DNA of 62,569 nt from Terriglobales bacterium. GTDB lineage: Bacteria > Acidobacteriota > Terriglobia > Terriglobales > Acidobacteriaceae. Position 1 is the first letter of the stretch; the number at the start of each line of letters is the position of its first letter. Below are positions 18,479 to 28,700 of this stretch, piece after piece. The DNA lies in assembly GCA_036770325.1 (NCBI GenBank), contig DAIPJJ010000002.1:1-62569 (forward strand), read 5' to 3'. The notes under the pieces are model-generated. The model searched no databases. It had not been told where the DNA came from and worked only from the letters and a program-made list of their open reading frames with translations. A program made the position numbers and the translations under genes.

Positions 18479-19462
18479 ATGCAATTTTTGGGCGGTTTGG
18501 GAATGAAGTACATACCTTGGAGTTTCGCGCTGGCGCTATTAGCACTGCTACCTGTGCAGGGGCAGAACGCCTACATGAATTCCTCCAATGGTCTCGGGGC
18601 CTCCTCGGGGATCGACCCGAACTCCATTATCACAATCAAGTCCCACGTCAATGAAGTCAATGTTTTGTTCATCGCAACGGACAAGCATGGGAAGTTCGTC
18701 CGCGATCTGAACCAGAAAGACTTCAACATTCTTGACGATCACAAGCCGCCGCAATCTATTGTCCGGTTTTCGCAGGAAACCGATTTGCCCTTGCAGATCG
18801 GTCTTTTGATCGACACCAGCGGCTCGATCCATGGAAGGTTTCAGTTTGAGCAGGATGCCGCTGCCGGCTTCCTGCAGCACACCATTCGCCCTCACTATGA
18901 TCATGCATTTGTAATGGGCTTTAATGCGCGGAACAAAGTCGCCCAGGACTTCACCGATAATGTCGGCCTGCTTTCTGTTGGAATCCAACATTTGGAGGAC
19001 GGCGGCGGGACGGCCCTTTACGACGCCATTTATTCGGCGTGCAAAGACAAACTTTTGAAGGACGACTCGGACCGTCCGGTGCGCCGGGCCCTGGTTATCG
19101 TGAGCGATGGCGAGGACAATCAGAGCGAACACACGCTGAATCAGGCAATCTGGATGGCGGAACGCGCCCAGGTCATCATTTACACCATCTCGACCGACGA
19201 CAGCGGCCTGATTTTGCGCGGCGACAAGATTCTGCAGCAGGTCTCGGACGCAACCGGCGGACGGGCGTTTTTCCCGTTCAAAATGAAGGACATCAAGAGC
19301 TCGTTTTCCGCCATTGAGGATGAACTCCGCAGCCAGTACATAATCTCCTATCATCCGGCAGACTTTGAGACGGACGGCCGCTTCCGCCCGATCGAAATCA
19401 CTGCCCTGAAAAAAGACCTGCAAGTCCGCGCCCGCAAAGGTTACTTCGCCCCTCAGCAGTAA
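18479..19462 (+). CDS. VWA domain protein (VWFA-related acidobacterial-type)
   Basis: 327 aa with a signal peptide, the MIDAS motif LLIDTSGSI, and later VIVSDGEDN and IYTIS, as in von Willebrand A domains. An alternative start is ATG 18503. Confidence 0.85.
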   Translation: MQFLGGLGMKYIPWSFALALLALLPVQGQNAYMNSSNGLGASSGIDPNSIITIKSHVNEVNVLFIATDKHGKFVRDLNQKDFNILDDHKPPQSIVRFSQETDLPLQIGLLIDTSGSIHGRFQFEQDAAAGFLQHTIRPHYDHAFVMGFNARNKVAQDFTDNVGLLSVGIQHLEDGGGTALYDAIYSACKDKLLKDDSDRPVRRALVIVSDGEDNQSEHTLNQAIWMAERAQVIIYTISTDDSGLILRGDKILQQVSDATGGRAFFPFKMKDIKSSFSAIEDELRSQYIISYHPADFETDGRFRPIEITALKKDLQVRARKGYFAPQQ

Positions 19463-19520
19463 TCCCCGGCTGTAATCAATGATCTACTCCGGTTGAGTGC
19501 TAGAATCGCTCTAAAAGAAG

Positions 19521-19655
19521 TGACTGGTGGTTCGTGATCGGTGGCTCGTAGTCCAAGTAGCTTGGCATTTTGTTTGTGCAAGGAAACTGACTCACGAGCG
19601 TCTAGTTACGAGCTCCTGGTTTACTAGTCACGAGCCACTAATCACGGGCCACGGG
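19521..19655. repeat. large imperfect palindrome built from degenerate words (cacgagccac / gtggctcgtg)
   Basis: The left arm 19521-19552 (tgactggtggttcgtgatcggtggctcgtagt) is an approximate reverse complement of the right arm 19623-19655 (actagtcacgagccactaatcacgggccacggg). The element ends 6 nt before the start codon at 19662. Confidence 0.6.
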
Positions 19656-19661
19656 TTTTAG

Positions 19662-20468
19662 ATGTTTCGTCCTCTCCTCAACTCGACAATGCTGGTGCTG
19701 TTCGCAGGCGCATTGGCCGCCGCGAGTCCGCAGCACCGGCCCAAAGCGGCAAAGCCTTCACCGCAGGTCGCTGCCTCTCAAAAGGAAGCTGCTCCGGCCC
19801 AGGCTTCTGCTGCTGCACCGATGAACCCGCAACAGCCCGTCAGTCCCGAACATGGCCCATCTTCGCCGCCGGACGTCAGCTTTCAACAAGGGAAACTGAC
19901 GATCGTCGCAAAAAATTCGACGTTAGGCGATGTCCTGAATGCTGTGAAGCAAAAGACCGGTGCTTCGGTCGACATGCCTGCGGCTTCGGGCGATCGAGTC
20001 TTTGGGCAGTTCGGACCGGGCGCTCCTCGCGACGTGATGGCGCAATTGCTGAACGGATCGCACTTTGACTATGTGCTGGTGGGATCGCCATCCGATCCGC
20101 TCGCGTTAAAAAAGATTGTGCTCACCGCTAAAGCCACCGGCCCCGAGCCTGCCCCGCCTCCGCCGCAACCAAATCAGCAGGCGGAGCAAAATGAGCCGTT
20201 GCAGGCAGTCCCTGAGGTTGAAAGCGAGAACCCGAATCTGGACGAGACCGGCGGAGAGGCTTCGCCTAATGTCGTGACTCAGCCTGAGGAAGAGGCCCCG
20301 CCAGCAGACCAGGGCGATCAGCAACAGGGCCAGCCGGTGGTGAAGACGCCCGAACAGTTGCTGCGCGAACTGCAGCAGCAGCAACAACAGCAGCAACAGC
20401 AACAACAACAGCAGCAGCCGGAAGAGGAGCAGCCGCCTCCAGGCGCTCCCGGCGCGCCTCCGCAGTAA
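19662..20468 (+). CDS. secreted/anchored P- and Q-rich protein of unknown function
   Basis: 268 aa. It has an N-terminal hydrophobic segment, a compact central domain (GKLTIVAKNSTLGDVLNAVKQKTG...) and a low-complexity P/E/Q tail with a 15-residue polyQ. Confidence 0.6.
   Translation: MFRPLLNSTMLVLFAGALAAASPQHRPKAAKPSPQVAASQKEAAPAQASAAAPMNPQQPVSPEHGPSSPPDVSFQQGKLTIVAKNSTLGDVLNAVKQKTGASVDMPAASGDRVFGQFGPGAPRDVMAQLLNGSHFDYVLVGSPSDPLALKKIVLTAKATGPEPAPPPPQPNQQAEQNEPLQAVPEVESENPNLDETGGEASPNVVTQPEEEAPPADQGDQQQGQPVVKTPEQLLRELQQQQQQQQQQQQQQQPEEEQPPPGAPGAPPQ
20373..20417 (+). repeat. (CAG/CAA)15 trinucleotide tract encoding polyQ
   Basis: Direct reading: cag cag cag caa caa cag cag caa cag caa caa caa cag cag cag, in frame in the 19662-20468 CDS. 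Confidence 0.95.
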
Positions 20469-20496
20469 TCCCTACCGTTTGTGTTGAAATAGCCGT

Positions 20497-21456
20497 GTGC
20501 AGCTTGGCCAAACCCTGAACGTAGCGATTGAACGTCTCATGGCGGCACGCGTTCCTTCTCCGCGCATGAACGCCGAGTTGCTGCTTATGTTTGTGCTGGG
20601 GCGCGACCGAGCATATGTCTATGGGCATCCTGAGCACGAACTCGGCGCTGATGAGCAGGCGAGGTATGAAGATGCTCTGGCGCAACGCTCTCAGGGCATT
20701 CCCGCGCAATACATCACTGGCCATCAGGAATTCTGGGGCATGGACCTGATCGTGAGTCCGGCGGTGCTGATCCCGAGGCCCGAAACGGAGCATGTGGTTG
20801 AGAGGGTGCTTGAGATCGCGAGCACAACTCGTGCGGAGCCTGCCCTGAGCTTGTCGAAGGGGCGGACATTCTTGTCCGGCAATGCTCTTAGAAAAACGAT
20901 GAACGGAAAGACAACCAGTAAGCCGGCAACGCGGGCGGGGGCGCCGGCGCCACATGTTCGCATTGTCGATGTTGGCACCGGATCTGGATGCATTGCCCTT
21001 GCGCTTGCGAAAGAGCTGCCCAATGCGCAGATCCATGCGACCGACATCTCTCCCGCTGCCCTTGAAATCGCACGCGCCAACGCCGCACGGCATCAACTCG
21101 AATCACGGATTCAGTTTCATCAAACCGACCTGTTGCAAGGGATCGAGAAGAATGCATTCGACTTTGTAATTTCAAATCCACCCTACGTTGGCGAATCGGA
21201 AGAAGACTCAGTGCAGTTGGAAGTCCGCAAGTTCGAGCCGCGCACCGCGGTTTTTGCCGGGCCGACCGGCATGGAAGTAATCGAGCGCCTCATTCCCCAG
21301 GCCCGCGAAGTGCTTAGCCCGGGCGGCTGGCTCATCATGGAAATCAGTGGAACAATCGCGCAGCGAGTCCGTGATTTGTTGTCTGGCTGGCAGGACCTGC
21401 AGATCACAAACGACTTGCAGGCAATACCGCGCGTGGCTTCGGCACGAAAATTTTAA
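20497..21456 (+). CDS. prmC: peptide chain release factor N5-glutamine methyltransferase
   Basis: SAM motif VDVGTGSGCIALALA and catalytic VISNPPYV, with a GTG start. It is 319 aa and includes an insertion of about 40 aa (see findings). Confidence 0.9.
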   Translation: MQLGQTLNVAIERLMAARVPSPRMNAELLLMFVLGRDRAYVYGHPEHELGADEQARYEDALAQRSQGIPAQYITGHQEFWGMDLIVSPAVLIPRPETEHVVERVLEIASTTRAEPALSLSKGRTFLSGNALRKTMNGKTTSKPATRAGAPAPHVRIVDVGTGSGCIALALAKELPNAQIHATDISPAALEIARANAARHQLESRIQFHQTDLLQGIEKNAFDFVISNPPYVGESEEDSVQLEVRKFEPRTAVFAGPTGMEVIERLIPQAREVLSPGGWLIMEISGTIAQRVRDLLSGWQDLQITNDLQAIPRVASARKF

Positions 21457-21461
21457 CTCCA

Positions 21462-21597
21462 TGTCATTCCGAGGCGTTTCGCTTGCGAAACAACGAGGAA
21501 CCTGCTCTTCCATGCGAGAAGCAGATTCCCATCGACTCCTTCCCTGCGGTCAGTCGCTCAGGGCAGGCTCTCACGCCTAAAGGCGTTCGGAATGACA
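21462..21597. mobile_element. MITE-like family A element with terminal inverted repeats
   Basis: 136 bp. The left end is tgtcattccgaggcg and the reverse complement of the right end is tgtcattccgaacgc (11/11 perfect TIR, then partial). It has no coding capacity and lies between the convergent prmC and purF. Its core recurs inside the gene at 31291-31344. Confidence 0.65.
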
Positions 21598-21615
21598 GCA
21601 CGAATGATTTGTAGG

Positions 21616-21633
21616 GACGGGCATCCCGCCCGT
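21616..21633. repeat. GC hairpin gacgggc-atcc-gcccgtc
   Basis: Perfect 7-bp stem with a 4-nt loop, just downstream of the purF stop. It belongs to the same hairpin class as 25061-25080 and 48381-48397. Confidence 0.6.
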
Positions 21634-21640
21634 CAAGAAA

Positions 21641-23071
21641 CTATCTCTTCTCCACCACAGCCGGCTGAATCTCTTCCACATCGACCAGGTTGGTCGGGTA
21701 GCGCCCCGTGTAACATGCTGTGCAGTACGTCGTCTTTTCGCCGTCACGGCAGGCTTTCTTCAAGCCGTCCAGCGAAAGATACGCCAGTGAATCTGCGCCG
21801 ACATATTGCCGGATTTGCTCAATGGTGTTGTTCGCCGCGATGAGCTCGTTCCTGCGCGGCGTGTCCACGCCGTAGAAGCACGGCGAAATGGTCGGAGGGC
21901 AGGAGATGCGCATGTGAACTTCTTTCGCGCCCGCACTGCGCACCATGCGGACAATTTTTCGGCTGGTCGTCCCGCGCACGATGGAATCGTCGATCAATAC
22001 AACACGCTTGCCCTCAAGCAGGCTGCGCACCGGATTCAGCTTGAGCCGCACTCCGAAATCGCGTACTGATTGCTGTGGCTCAATGAACGTGCGGCCGACA
22101 TAGTGATTGCGAATCAGCCCGAAGCGCAGCGGCAGGCCGCTTTCAGCGGCATAGCCCATTGCCGCGGTTACGCCTGAGTCGGGAACAGGCACGACGACGT
22201 CGGCATCGGCTGGAGCTTCGATGGCAAGCTCTCGCCCCAGTTGTTCGCGGCTCTCTTGCACAGCGCGTCCGAACACTCGGCTGTCCGGGCGAGAAAAATA
22301 AACATGCTCGAAGATGCAGCTCGACTGTGCCGCTGCCGGAGCATAGAACCGCGAACTCGTCCCCTCAGGACCAACAATTACCAGTTCGCCGGGCTTGACC
22401 TCGCGCTCGTAGGTTGCGCCGATGAGATCAAAAGCGCAGGTTTCAGAGGCGAAAACAATTGTGTCGTGCAGGCGATCTCCGCTCGCAGCAATGCGCCCCA
22501 TCGCAAGCGGCCTGAATCCGTGGGGATCGCGTACGGCAAAGATACGATCGCGACTGATCATCACCAGTGAGAACGCGCCTTCCACCCGGCGCAGCGCATC
22601 GGCAATCGCTTCCGGCAACGTCTGTTCCCGGGATTGCGCGATGAGATGAACAATAACTTCGGTATCGCTGCTGGTCTGGAAGATCGAGCCTTGCGCTTCC
22701 ATGCGGGCGCGAATCTCACCTGCATTCGTGAGATTGCCATTGTGCGCCAGGGCGATCATGCCTTTATTGGACTGCACCATGATCGGTTGCGCGTTCAAGA
22801 GGGCCGAGTCGCCGGTGGTCGAATAGCGCGTGTGGCCGATGGCGAGGGTTCCGCGAATTCGCGAGAGCTTCTCTTCGGTGAAGATATCGGCCACGAGGCC
22901 CATCGACTTGTGAATGTGCAGCGACATGCCATCGGAGGTGACGATGCCTGCCGATTCTTGCCCCCGATGTTGCAGCGCATGCAGGCCCAGGTAGGCGAGC
23001 GTCTCCGCCTCAGGATGCGAGTAGATCGCTACTACGCCGCACTCATCGCGAAATTTGTCGCTTTTAGCCAT
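21641..23071 (-). CDS. purF: amidophosphoribosyltransferase
   Basis: 476 aa. It has the N-terminal propeptide plus catalytic Cys context DECGVVAIY, and the PRPP-binding VVLIDDSIVRGTT. Confidence 0.95.
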   Translation of the reverse strand: MAKSDKFRDECGVVAIYSHPEAETLAYLGLHALQHRGQESAGIVTSDGMSLHIHKSMGLVADIFTEEKLSRIRGTLAIGHTRYSTTGDSALLNAQPIMVQSNKGMIALAHNGNLTNAGEIRARMEAQGSIFQTSSDTEVIVHLIAQSREQTLPEAIADALRRVEGAFSLVMISRDRIFAVRDPHGFRPLAMGRIAASGDRLHDTIVFASETCAFDLIGATYEREVKPGELVIVGPEGTSSRFYAPAAAQSSCIFEHVYFSRPDSRVFGRAVQESREQLGRELAIEAPADADVVVPVPDSGVTAAMGYAAESGLPLRFGLIRNHYVGRTFIEPQQSVRDFGVRLKLNPVRSLLEGKRVVLIDDSIVRGTTSRKIVRMVRSAGAKEVHMRISCPPTISPCFYGVDTPRRNELIAANNTIEQIRQYVGADSLAYLSLDGLKKACRDGEKTTYCTACYTGRYPTNLVDVEEIQPAVVEKR

Positions 23072-23175
23072 CAGCCGTCAGCCCTCAGCTTTCAGCAAAA
23101 ACAAACACCTGTCATCCTGAGCGAAGCAGAATCACTCGCTTGCGGATGATTCTACGAAGTCGAAGGACCTATGTA
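23066..23175. repeat. composite repeat: family D (agccatcagccgtcagccctcagc) plus a family A variant (tgtcatcctgagcgaagc...gaagtcgaaggacct)
   Basis: The 24-nt block at 23066-23089 is the reverse complement of a block inside tilS (about 47853-47876). The gtcatcctgagcgaag / gaagtcgaaggacct words recur at 53480-53505. The element abuts the purF start codon. Confidence 0.7.
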
Positions 23176-23185
23176 CTTTCCGCAT

Positions 23186-25507
23186 TCAATTTACCGCGAC
23201 CGCCACTTCACTTCTCAATGCTCGCTCCAACGAGTTTTCGTATTCGTCGTTCAACTCAGTTATGCGAGCCGAGACCACACTCCCCCCGTCTAGCTTAATC
23301 TCTATTTTCTCAGGAACTGTCTCGCCCAGCAGATCGGCAAAAATGCCGTGTTTCTTCGCCACTTCTTTGATTCGCACCACGTTGGCTGGGTCGCAGGAGA
23401 TCACGATCCGGCTGGCATCTTCGCCAAACAGCACAAATTCCGGAGCAAGTCCGCCGGTATTCATATCCACCGAACACCCAATCCTCTTCGGTAACGAACA
23501 CCTAGCCAGCCCGACAGCGAGCCCGCCTTCCGAGCAATCATGCGCGGAATCGACCAACCCTGCCCCGATCAACTCGACGATCGTCTTCTGCAGCGCGGCC
23601 TCTTTTTCGAGCTCAAGCGCGGGTGGAAATCCCCAAAGCCCCCCGACAACTTCTTTGGCGTACTCCGATGAACCAAACTCAGTTTCTGCATCGGTCGCAT
23701 CACCCGGCTCTGAGCCGCGCAACAGAACCACAGCGCGCTCCGCTTCGCGGAAATGCGGGAACGTCGCTTTCGTCGAATCTTCCAGAATTCCAACCACTCC
23801 GAGCACCGGAGTCGGATAAATCGCTTCACCCAAGGTTTCGTTGTAGAAGCTGACATTGCCACCCGTAATCGGGATTTCCAACTCCTCGCACGCCCGAGTG
23901 ATTCCATCAATGGCCTGGGAGAACTGCCACATAATCGGTGGCTTCTCGGGATTGCCAAAGTTCAGACAATTCGTCGCGCCGACCGGCACTGCTCCCGAAC
24001 AAGCCACGTTTCGTGCGGCTTCCGCCACGGCGTGCATCGCGCCGAGCTTGGGATCGAGATAGCACCAGCGTCCATTTCCATCGAGCGCCATCGAAAGCGC
24101 GCGCTGCGAGCCCTTGATTCGAATCACGCCCGCGTCGCCCGCGCCCGGGCCTTCAACGGTGTTCGTCTGCACCATCGAATCGTATTGCTGATAAATCCAT
24201 CGCTTGCTGCAGATGTTTTCGCTGGCGAGCAGCCGTTTCAAATCATCGGTGTAATCGGATTTCCCGCCGAGCTTCACATGCTCCGGCATCTCGCGCGAAA
24301 CCGGCGGCTCCCAGCGCTGCATCGGGCGCTTGTAAACCGGAGCGTCGTCGGTGAGCGCGGTGTTCGGAACTTCTGCCACAACTTCACCGTGCTGCAAGAC
24401 GCGCATCGTGTTCTCGCCAATGACTTTTCCGACTTCGACGGCGTCCAGTCCCCACTTGCGGAACACGCGATAGACTTCCTCCTCGCGTCCCTTCTGCGCG
24501 ACCAGCAGCATGCGCTCCTGCGACTCGCTCAGCATGATCTCGTAGGCGCTCATGCCGGTTTCTCGTTGCGGCACGCGGTCCATCTCGATCTCGACTCCTA
24601 CACCGCCGCGCGCGCCCATCTCGCAGGTGGAGCATGTCAGGCCTGCAGCGCCCATGTCCTGAATGCCAATAATGGCGCCGGTTTGCATGGCTTCGAGGCA
24701 GGCTTCGAGCAGAAGCTTTTCTAAAAACGGATCGCCAACCTGCACATTCGGCCGCTTGGCTTCTGATTCTTCGCTGAATTCCTCGCTGGCCATGGTCGCG
24801 CCATGAATACCGTCGCGGCCGGTTTTCGCGCCAACGTAAATCACTGGATTGCCAACGCCGGAAGCCTTGGCATAAAAAATCTGGTCTTTGCGCACGAGTC
24901 CCAGAGCAAACGCATTCACCAGAGGATTGCCGGAGTAGCAGGGCTCAAACTTCGTCTCGCCGCCGAGATTCGGAACTCCGAAGCAATTGCCGTAGTGCGC
25001 GATGCCGCTGACCACACCTTCGAGGATAGAGTGATTGCGATGAATGTCGGACTGTGAACTGGCGGGCGAGGGCGCCCGCCCCACATGGGACTTAACCGGT
25101 CCGAACCGCAGCGAGTCCATCACCGCTACCGGCCTTGCGCCCATGGTGAAAATGTCGCGCAGGATTCCGCCGACGCCCGTGGTCGCTCCCTGGAATGGCT
25201 CAATAAACGAAGGATGGTTGTGGGACTCGATCTTGAACGCGCATGTCCAGCCGTCACCGATATCGATGATGCCTGCGTTTTCTCCCGGCCCTTGTACCAC
25301 ACGGCGGCTGCGGGTCGGCAGGCGCTTCAGATGTACACGCGAAGACTTATACGAGCAGTGCTCACTCCACATCACGCTAAAAATACCGAGCTCGGTCAAG
25401 GTGGGCTCGCGCCCGCCAAGCAGCGATTTAATACGGTCGTATTCCTCGCTGGTCAGTCCATGGTCACGCAGGACTTGAGGGGTGATGTCCAGTGTGGCGG
25501 TGGTCAT
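23186..25507 (-). CDS. purL: phosphoribosylformylglycinamidine synthase subunit PurL
   Basis: 773 aa with the PurL N-terminal pattern [32 protein letters not shown] and duplicated AIR-synthase-like domains. It is adjacent to purF. Confidence 0.95.
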   Translation of the reverse strand: MTTATLDITPQVLRDHGLTSEEYDRIKSLLGGREPTLTELGIFSVMWSEHCSYKSSRVHLKRLPTRSRRVVQGPGENAGIIDIGDGWTCAFKIESHNHPSFIEPFQGATTGVGGILRDIFTMGARPVAVMDSLRFGPVKSHVGRAPSPASSQSDIHRNHSILEGVVSGIAHYGNCFGVPNLGGETKFEPCYSGNPLVNAFALGLVRKDQIFYAKASGVGNPVIYVGAKTGRDGIHGATMASEEFSEESEAKRPNVQVGDPFLEKLLLEACLEAMQTGAIIGIQDMGAAGLTCSTCEMGARGGVGVEIEMDRVPQRETGMSAYEIMLSESQERMLLVAQKGREEEVYRVFRKWGLDAVEVGKVIGENTMRVLQHGEVVAEVPNTALTDDAPVYKRPMQRWEPPVSREMPEHVKLGGKSDYTDDLKRLLASENICSKRWIYQQYDSMVQTNTVEGPGAGDAGVIRIKGSQRALSMALDGNGRWCYLDPKLGAMHAVAEAARNVACSGAVPVGATNCLNFGNPEKPPIMWQFSQAIDGITRACEELEIPITGGNVSFYNETLGEAIYPTPVLGVVGILEDSTKATFPHFREAERAVVLLRGSEPGDATDAETEFGSSEYAKEVVGGLWGFPPALELEKEAALQKTIVELIGAGLVDSAHDCSEGGLAVGLARCSLPKRIGCSVDMNTGGLAPEFVLFGEDASRIVISCDPANVVRIKEVAKKHGIFADLLGETVPEKIEIKLDGGSVVSARITELNDEYENSLERALRSEVAVAVN

Positions 25508-25742
25508 GTGGGGAAACTCTATTGTCGCATTTTTCGCGATGAATGAAGCGCGAAATTTTGAGGTAACTGAGAGTAACCGAGTGGCGCGCCCAGAGTGCGA
25601 GGATCGACCTTCCTCGAATATGAAACTTCAATTCGCCAGTAGAAGAACGTTGTACTAACCCCTGATCCCAATTATCCTGACGGGCGAAATCTTGTCAGGT
25701 TTCGCGCATCTCGGAACACCAACACTCGTTCGCGGAGATCCC

Positions 25743-28700
25743 ATGCAGCGGAAGCTTTCTGCGTTTTCGTCTGTTTTCATCACCATGCTTCTAACCCTCG
25801 TCCCGTGGTCAAGAAGTTATTCTCAGGCCCCAACCAGTGACCAGCCGGCCTACGGTCCCTACAATGCCGTTTTCCTTCCGGACGGCGATGGACTCGAAAA
25901 GAGCCTCAGTAAAGACGACCCAATTTTTCGCGCCGATTCGCCGTGGTCGTTCTACGCCTGGGTGCAGTGGAACGAGGCTATCAGCGCGCCGACTCTGATC
26001 GCAGGTTTGGGCGATCCCAGCGAGGAGTATTCGAGGTATGTCGGTCTCGACAGCAGCCATCTCTTTTTGTACTCCGGCAGAGACAGCAGATTGTCAGGGG
26101 CCGCTTCGCTGGCGCCTGACAAATGGCATTTTTTGGCAGCAACTTTCGACGGACAGAGCTTTACGCTTTACGCCGATGGGGCCCAAGTCGCGTCCGGCAA
26201 ACTTGACCTCGGCAGCGTGAGTCCAGTTTTGAAGATGGCGCCTGCCGCGCCCGTCGGAGCAAGTTGGCGTCACTTCGGTGGCAAGATCGCTGGGCTGAAG
26301 GTGGTTGGACATGCATTGACCGCCGATGAAGTCAGGCAACTCGCTCGGCAATCGCAAGACTTTTCCCTGCTCGAATTCGAGGAAGGTTCCAAGCCCTGGC
26401 CGGTGCAGACTCGTGAGCAGGCGGGCTACCGAGCGCCGCAGGATCCCTCGACCATGCCGCACACGAATGCAGCGTTTTCTCGGCTTGTCGCGAAGCCTTT
26501 GCCCCCTGCGCAGGAAACTCTGCAATCGCATGGCGACAACGAGTGGTTTCTCGCAGCCAACTGGAAGCTGATTTCCGCACCCAAACTCAACGCGGACGGC
26601 TCCGCCATCTCGCAATCCGGATTCAGCACGCGCGACTGGATGGCCGCCACCGTTCCCGGAACCGTGCTCACCACTATGATCGATCGCGGAATTTATCCTG
26701 ATCCTGACTACGGCCTGAACAATCTCGTCATTCCCGAAAGCCTGAATAAGCAGGACTACTGGTATCGCGTGGAATTCCGCGTTCCAAGTTCAGTACAGGG
26801 CCGGCGGCTCACGCTGAATTTCGAAGGCATCAACTACGCTGCGGAAGTGTGGCTGAACGGCAAGCAACTCGGTTCGATCAAGGGCGCATTCATTCGCGGA
26901 ATTTTCGATGTAAGTAACGCTGTGAAGCGCGATACGGCAAATGTTCTCGCCGTGAAAATTTCTCCTCCACCGCATCCTGGCATTCCACAGGAGCAGTCGA
27001 TCAAGGGCGGGCCGGGCGAAAACGGCGGAATCATGTGCCTGGATGGGCCAACGTTCGTTGCCACAGAAGGATGGGATTGGATTCCCGCCATTCGCGATCG
27101 CGATTCGGGAATCTGGCAACCGGTCACTCTCACTGCAAGTGGTGAAGCGAAAATCGGCGACCCACACGTGGTCACGACTTTGCCCTTGCCCGACACCAGC
27201 CGCGCCGATGTTGAGATCACGGTTCCCGTCGAGAATGCTTCCAATGCTCCCCTGAACGGAACTCTCAAAGCTTCTTTCGGCGAGACATCGATTGCTAAAC
27301 AAATCACGCTAGCGCCGGGCGAGAATTCTGTGAAGTTAGCCCCCGCTGAATTTCCGCAGTTGACGGTTCAGCATCCGCGCCTCTGGTGGCCGAACGGCTA
27401 TGGCAAGCCAGAGCTTTACACGCTGGAACTCAGCTTCACCGACGCGAGCGGCACAACCACGACCAAGCGCCTGCGCTTTGGAATTCGCGAAGTCACATAC
27501 GAACTAAGTTTGTTCGACACATCTGGCCACCTGCGCCGGCTTGAGTATTCGCCGACCACGGCCCATGCAAAGAACGAACAGGTCATTGATGTTCGCCATG
27601 ATGCGATCCGCAATATTCCTCCCACAGATCCGTTTCCGCCTGACTGGCCGAAAGAATGGAAAGAAGGTTGGAAGTCGTGGGTGTATTCGCTCGCTCCGGG
27701 CGGCGAAACATCTTCGGCGGTGCGAATGCTCGACGACACGCAAATGACGCCATATCTTGCCCTCAAAGTGAACGGCGTGCGAATCGCCGCGCGCGGCGGC
27801 AACTGGGGCATGGACGACTCGCGCAAGCGGGTTTCGCGCGAAAAGCTCGAGCCGTATTTCCGCCTGCATCGTGACGCGCACCTCAACATTATTCGCAACT
27901 GGGTCGGCCAGGACACGGAAGAGACTTTCTACCAACTCGCCGACGAATACGGCTTGATGATCTGGAACGACTTCTGGGAATCAACACAGAATTACAACGT
28001 CGAAGCACAGGACCCCGATCTGTTTCTGCGCAACGCGCGCGACACGATTCTCCGCTTCCGCAACCATCCGTCAATCGTTGTGTGGTGCGGACGCAATGAG
28101 GGCGTGCCGCAACCCATCATCAACGAGGGCCTTGCTGATCTGATTCGAACTCTCGACGGCACTCGCTACTACTCGCCCAGCTCGAACGAAATCAACCTGC
28201 AGCACAGCGGGCCCTACAAGTACATGGACCCGTCACTCTACTTCACCGCGTTGAATCATGGCTTCTCGGTCGAGACAGGAACGCCATCGTTCTCAACGCT
28301 CGAATCTTTTCGCGCGTGGATTCCGAAAGAAGACCTGTGGCCGATCAGCGACGATTGGGCTTACCACGACTGGCACCAGAGCGGGAACGGCGACATGGCT
28401 CCGTTCATGGCGCAAATGCAAACTGAGTTCGGCGCCCCCACCAGTCTTGAAGATTTTGAGCGCAAGGCCCAGATGCTCGACTATGTCGATCATCGCGCGA
28501 TCTTTGAAGGAATGAACGCGCACCTCTGGAACCCGAACAGTGGCCGCATGTTGTGGATGACGCAACCCGCGTGGCCGAGCAATACCTGGCAGATCATGAC
28601 CTCGGACTACGACACCCAGTCTTCATACTACGGGGTAAAGAAGGCCTGCGAGCCGCTGCACGTGCAGTTGGACCTCTCGAACTACACCGTCTCGATCGTT

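Noticed and set aside
18548-19423. 291-aa minus-strand ORF
   Set aside because: It is entirely antisense to the VWA gene, which has a clear MIDAS motif and signal peptide. It is a shadow ORF.
20266-21096. 276-aa minus-strand ORF overlapping the polyQ gene tail and prmC
   Set aside because: It is antisense to prmC (NPPY and GTGSG motifs). Its translation is dominated by poly-Ala/Val from the antisense CAG repeat.
23066-23175. Repeat clusters (here and at 32735-32930, 49391-49487, 53256-53372) as possible CRISPR arrays
   Set aside because: The units are short, degenerate and in mixed orientation. They lack regularly sized unique spacers and there are no cas genes. They behave like REP/MITE elements.
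23753-24724. 323-aa plus-strand ORF inside purL
   Set aside because: It is antisense to purL and has no recognisable domain. It is a shadow ORF.
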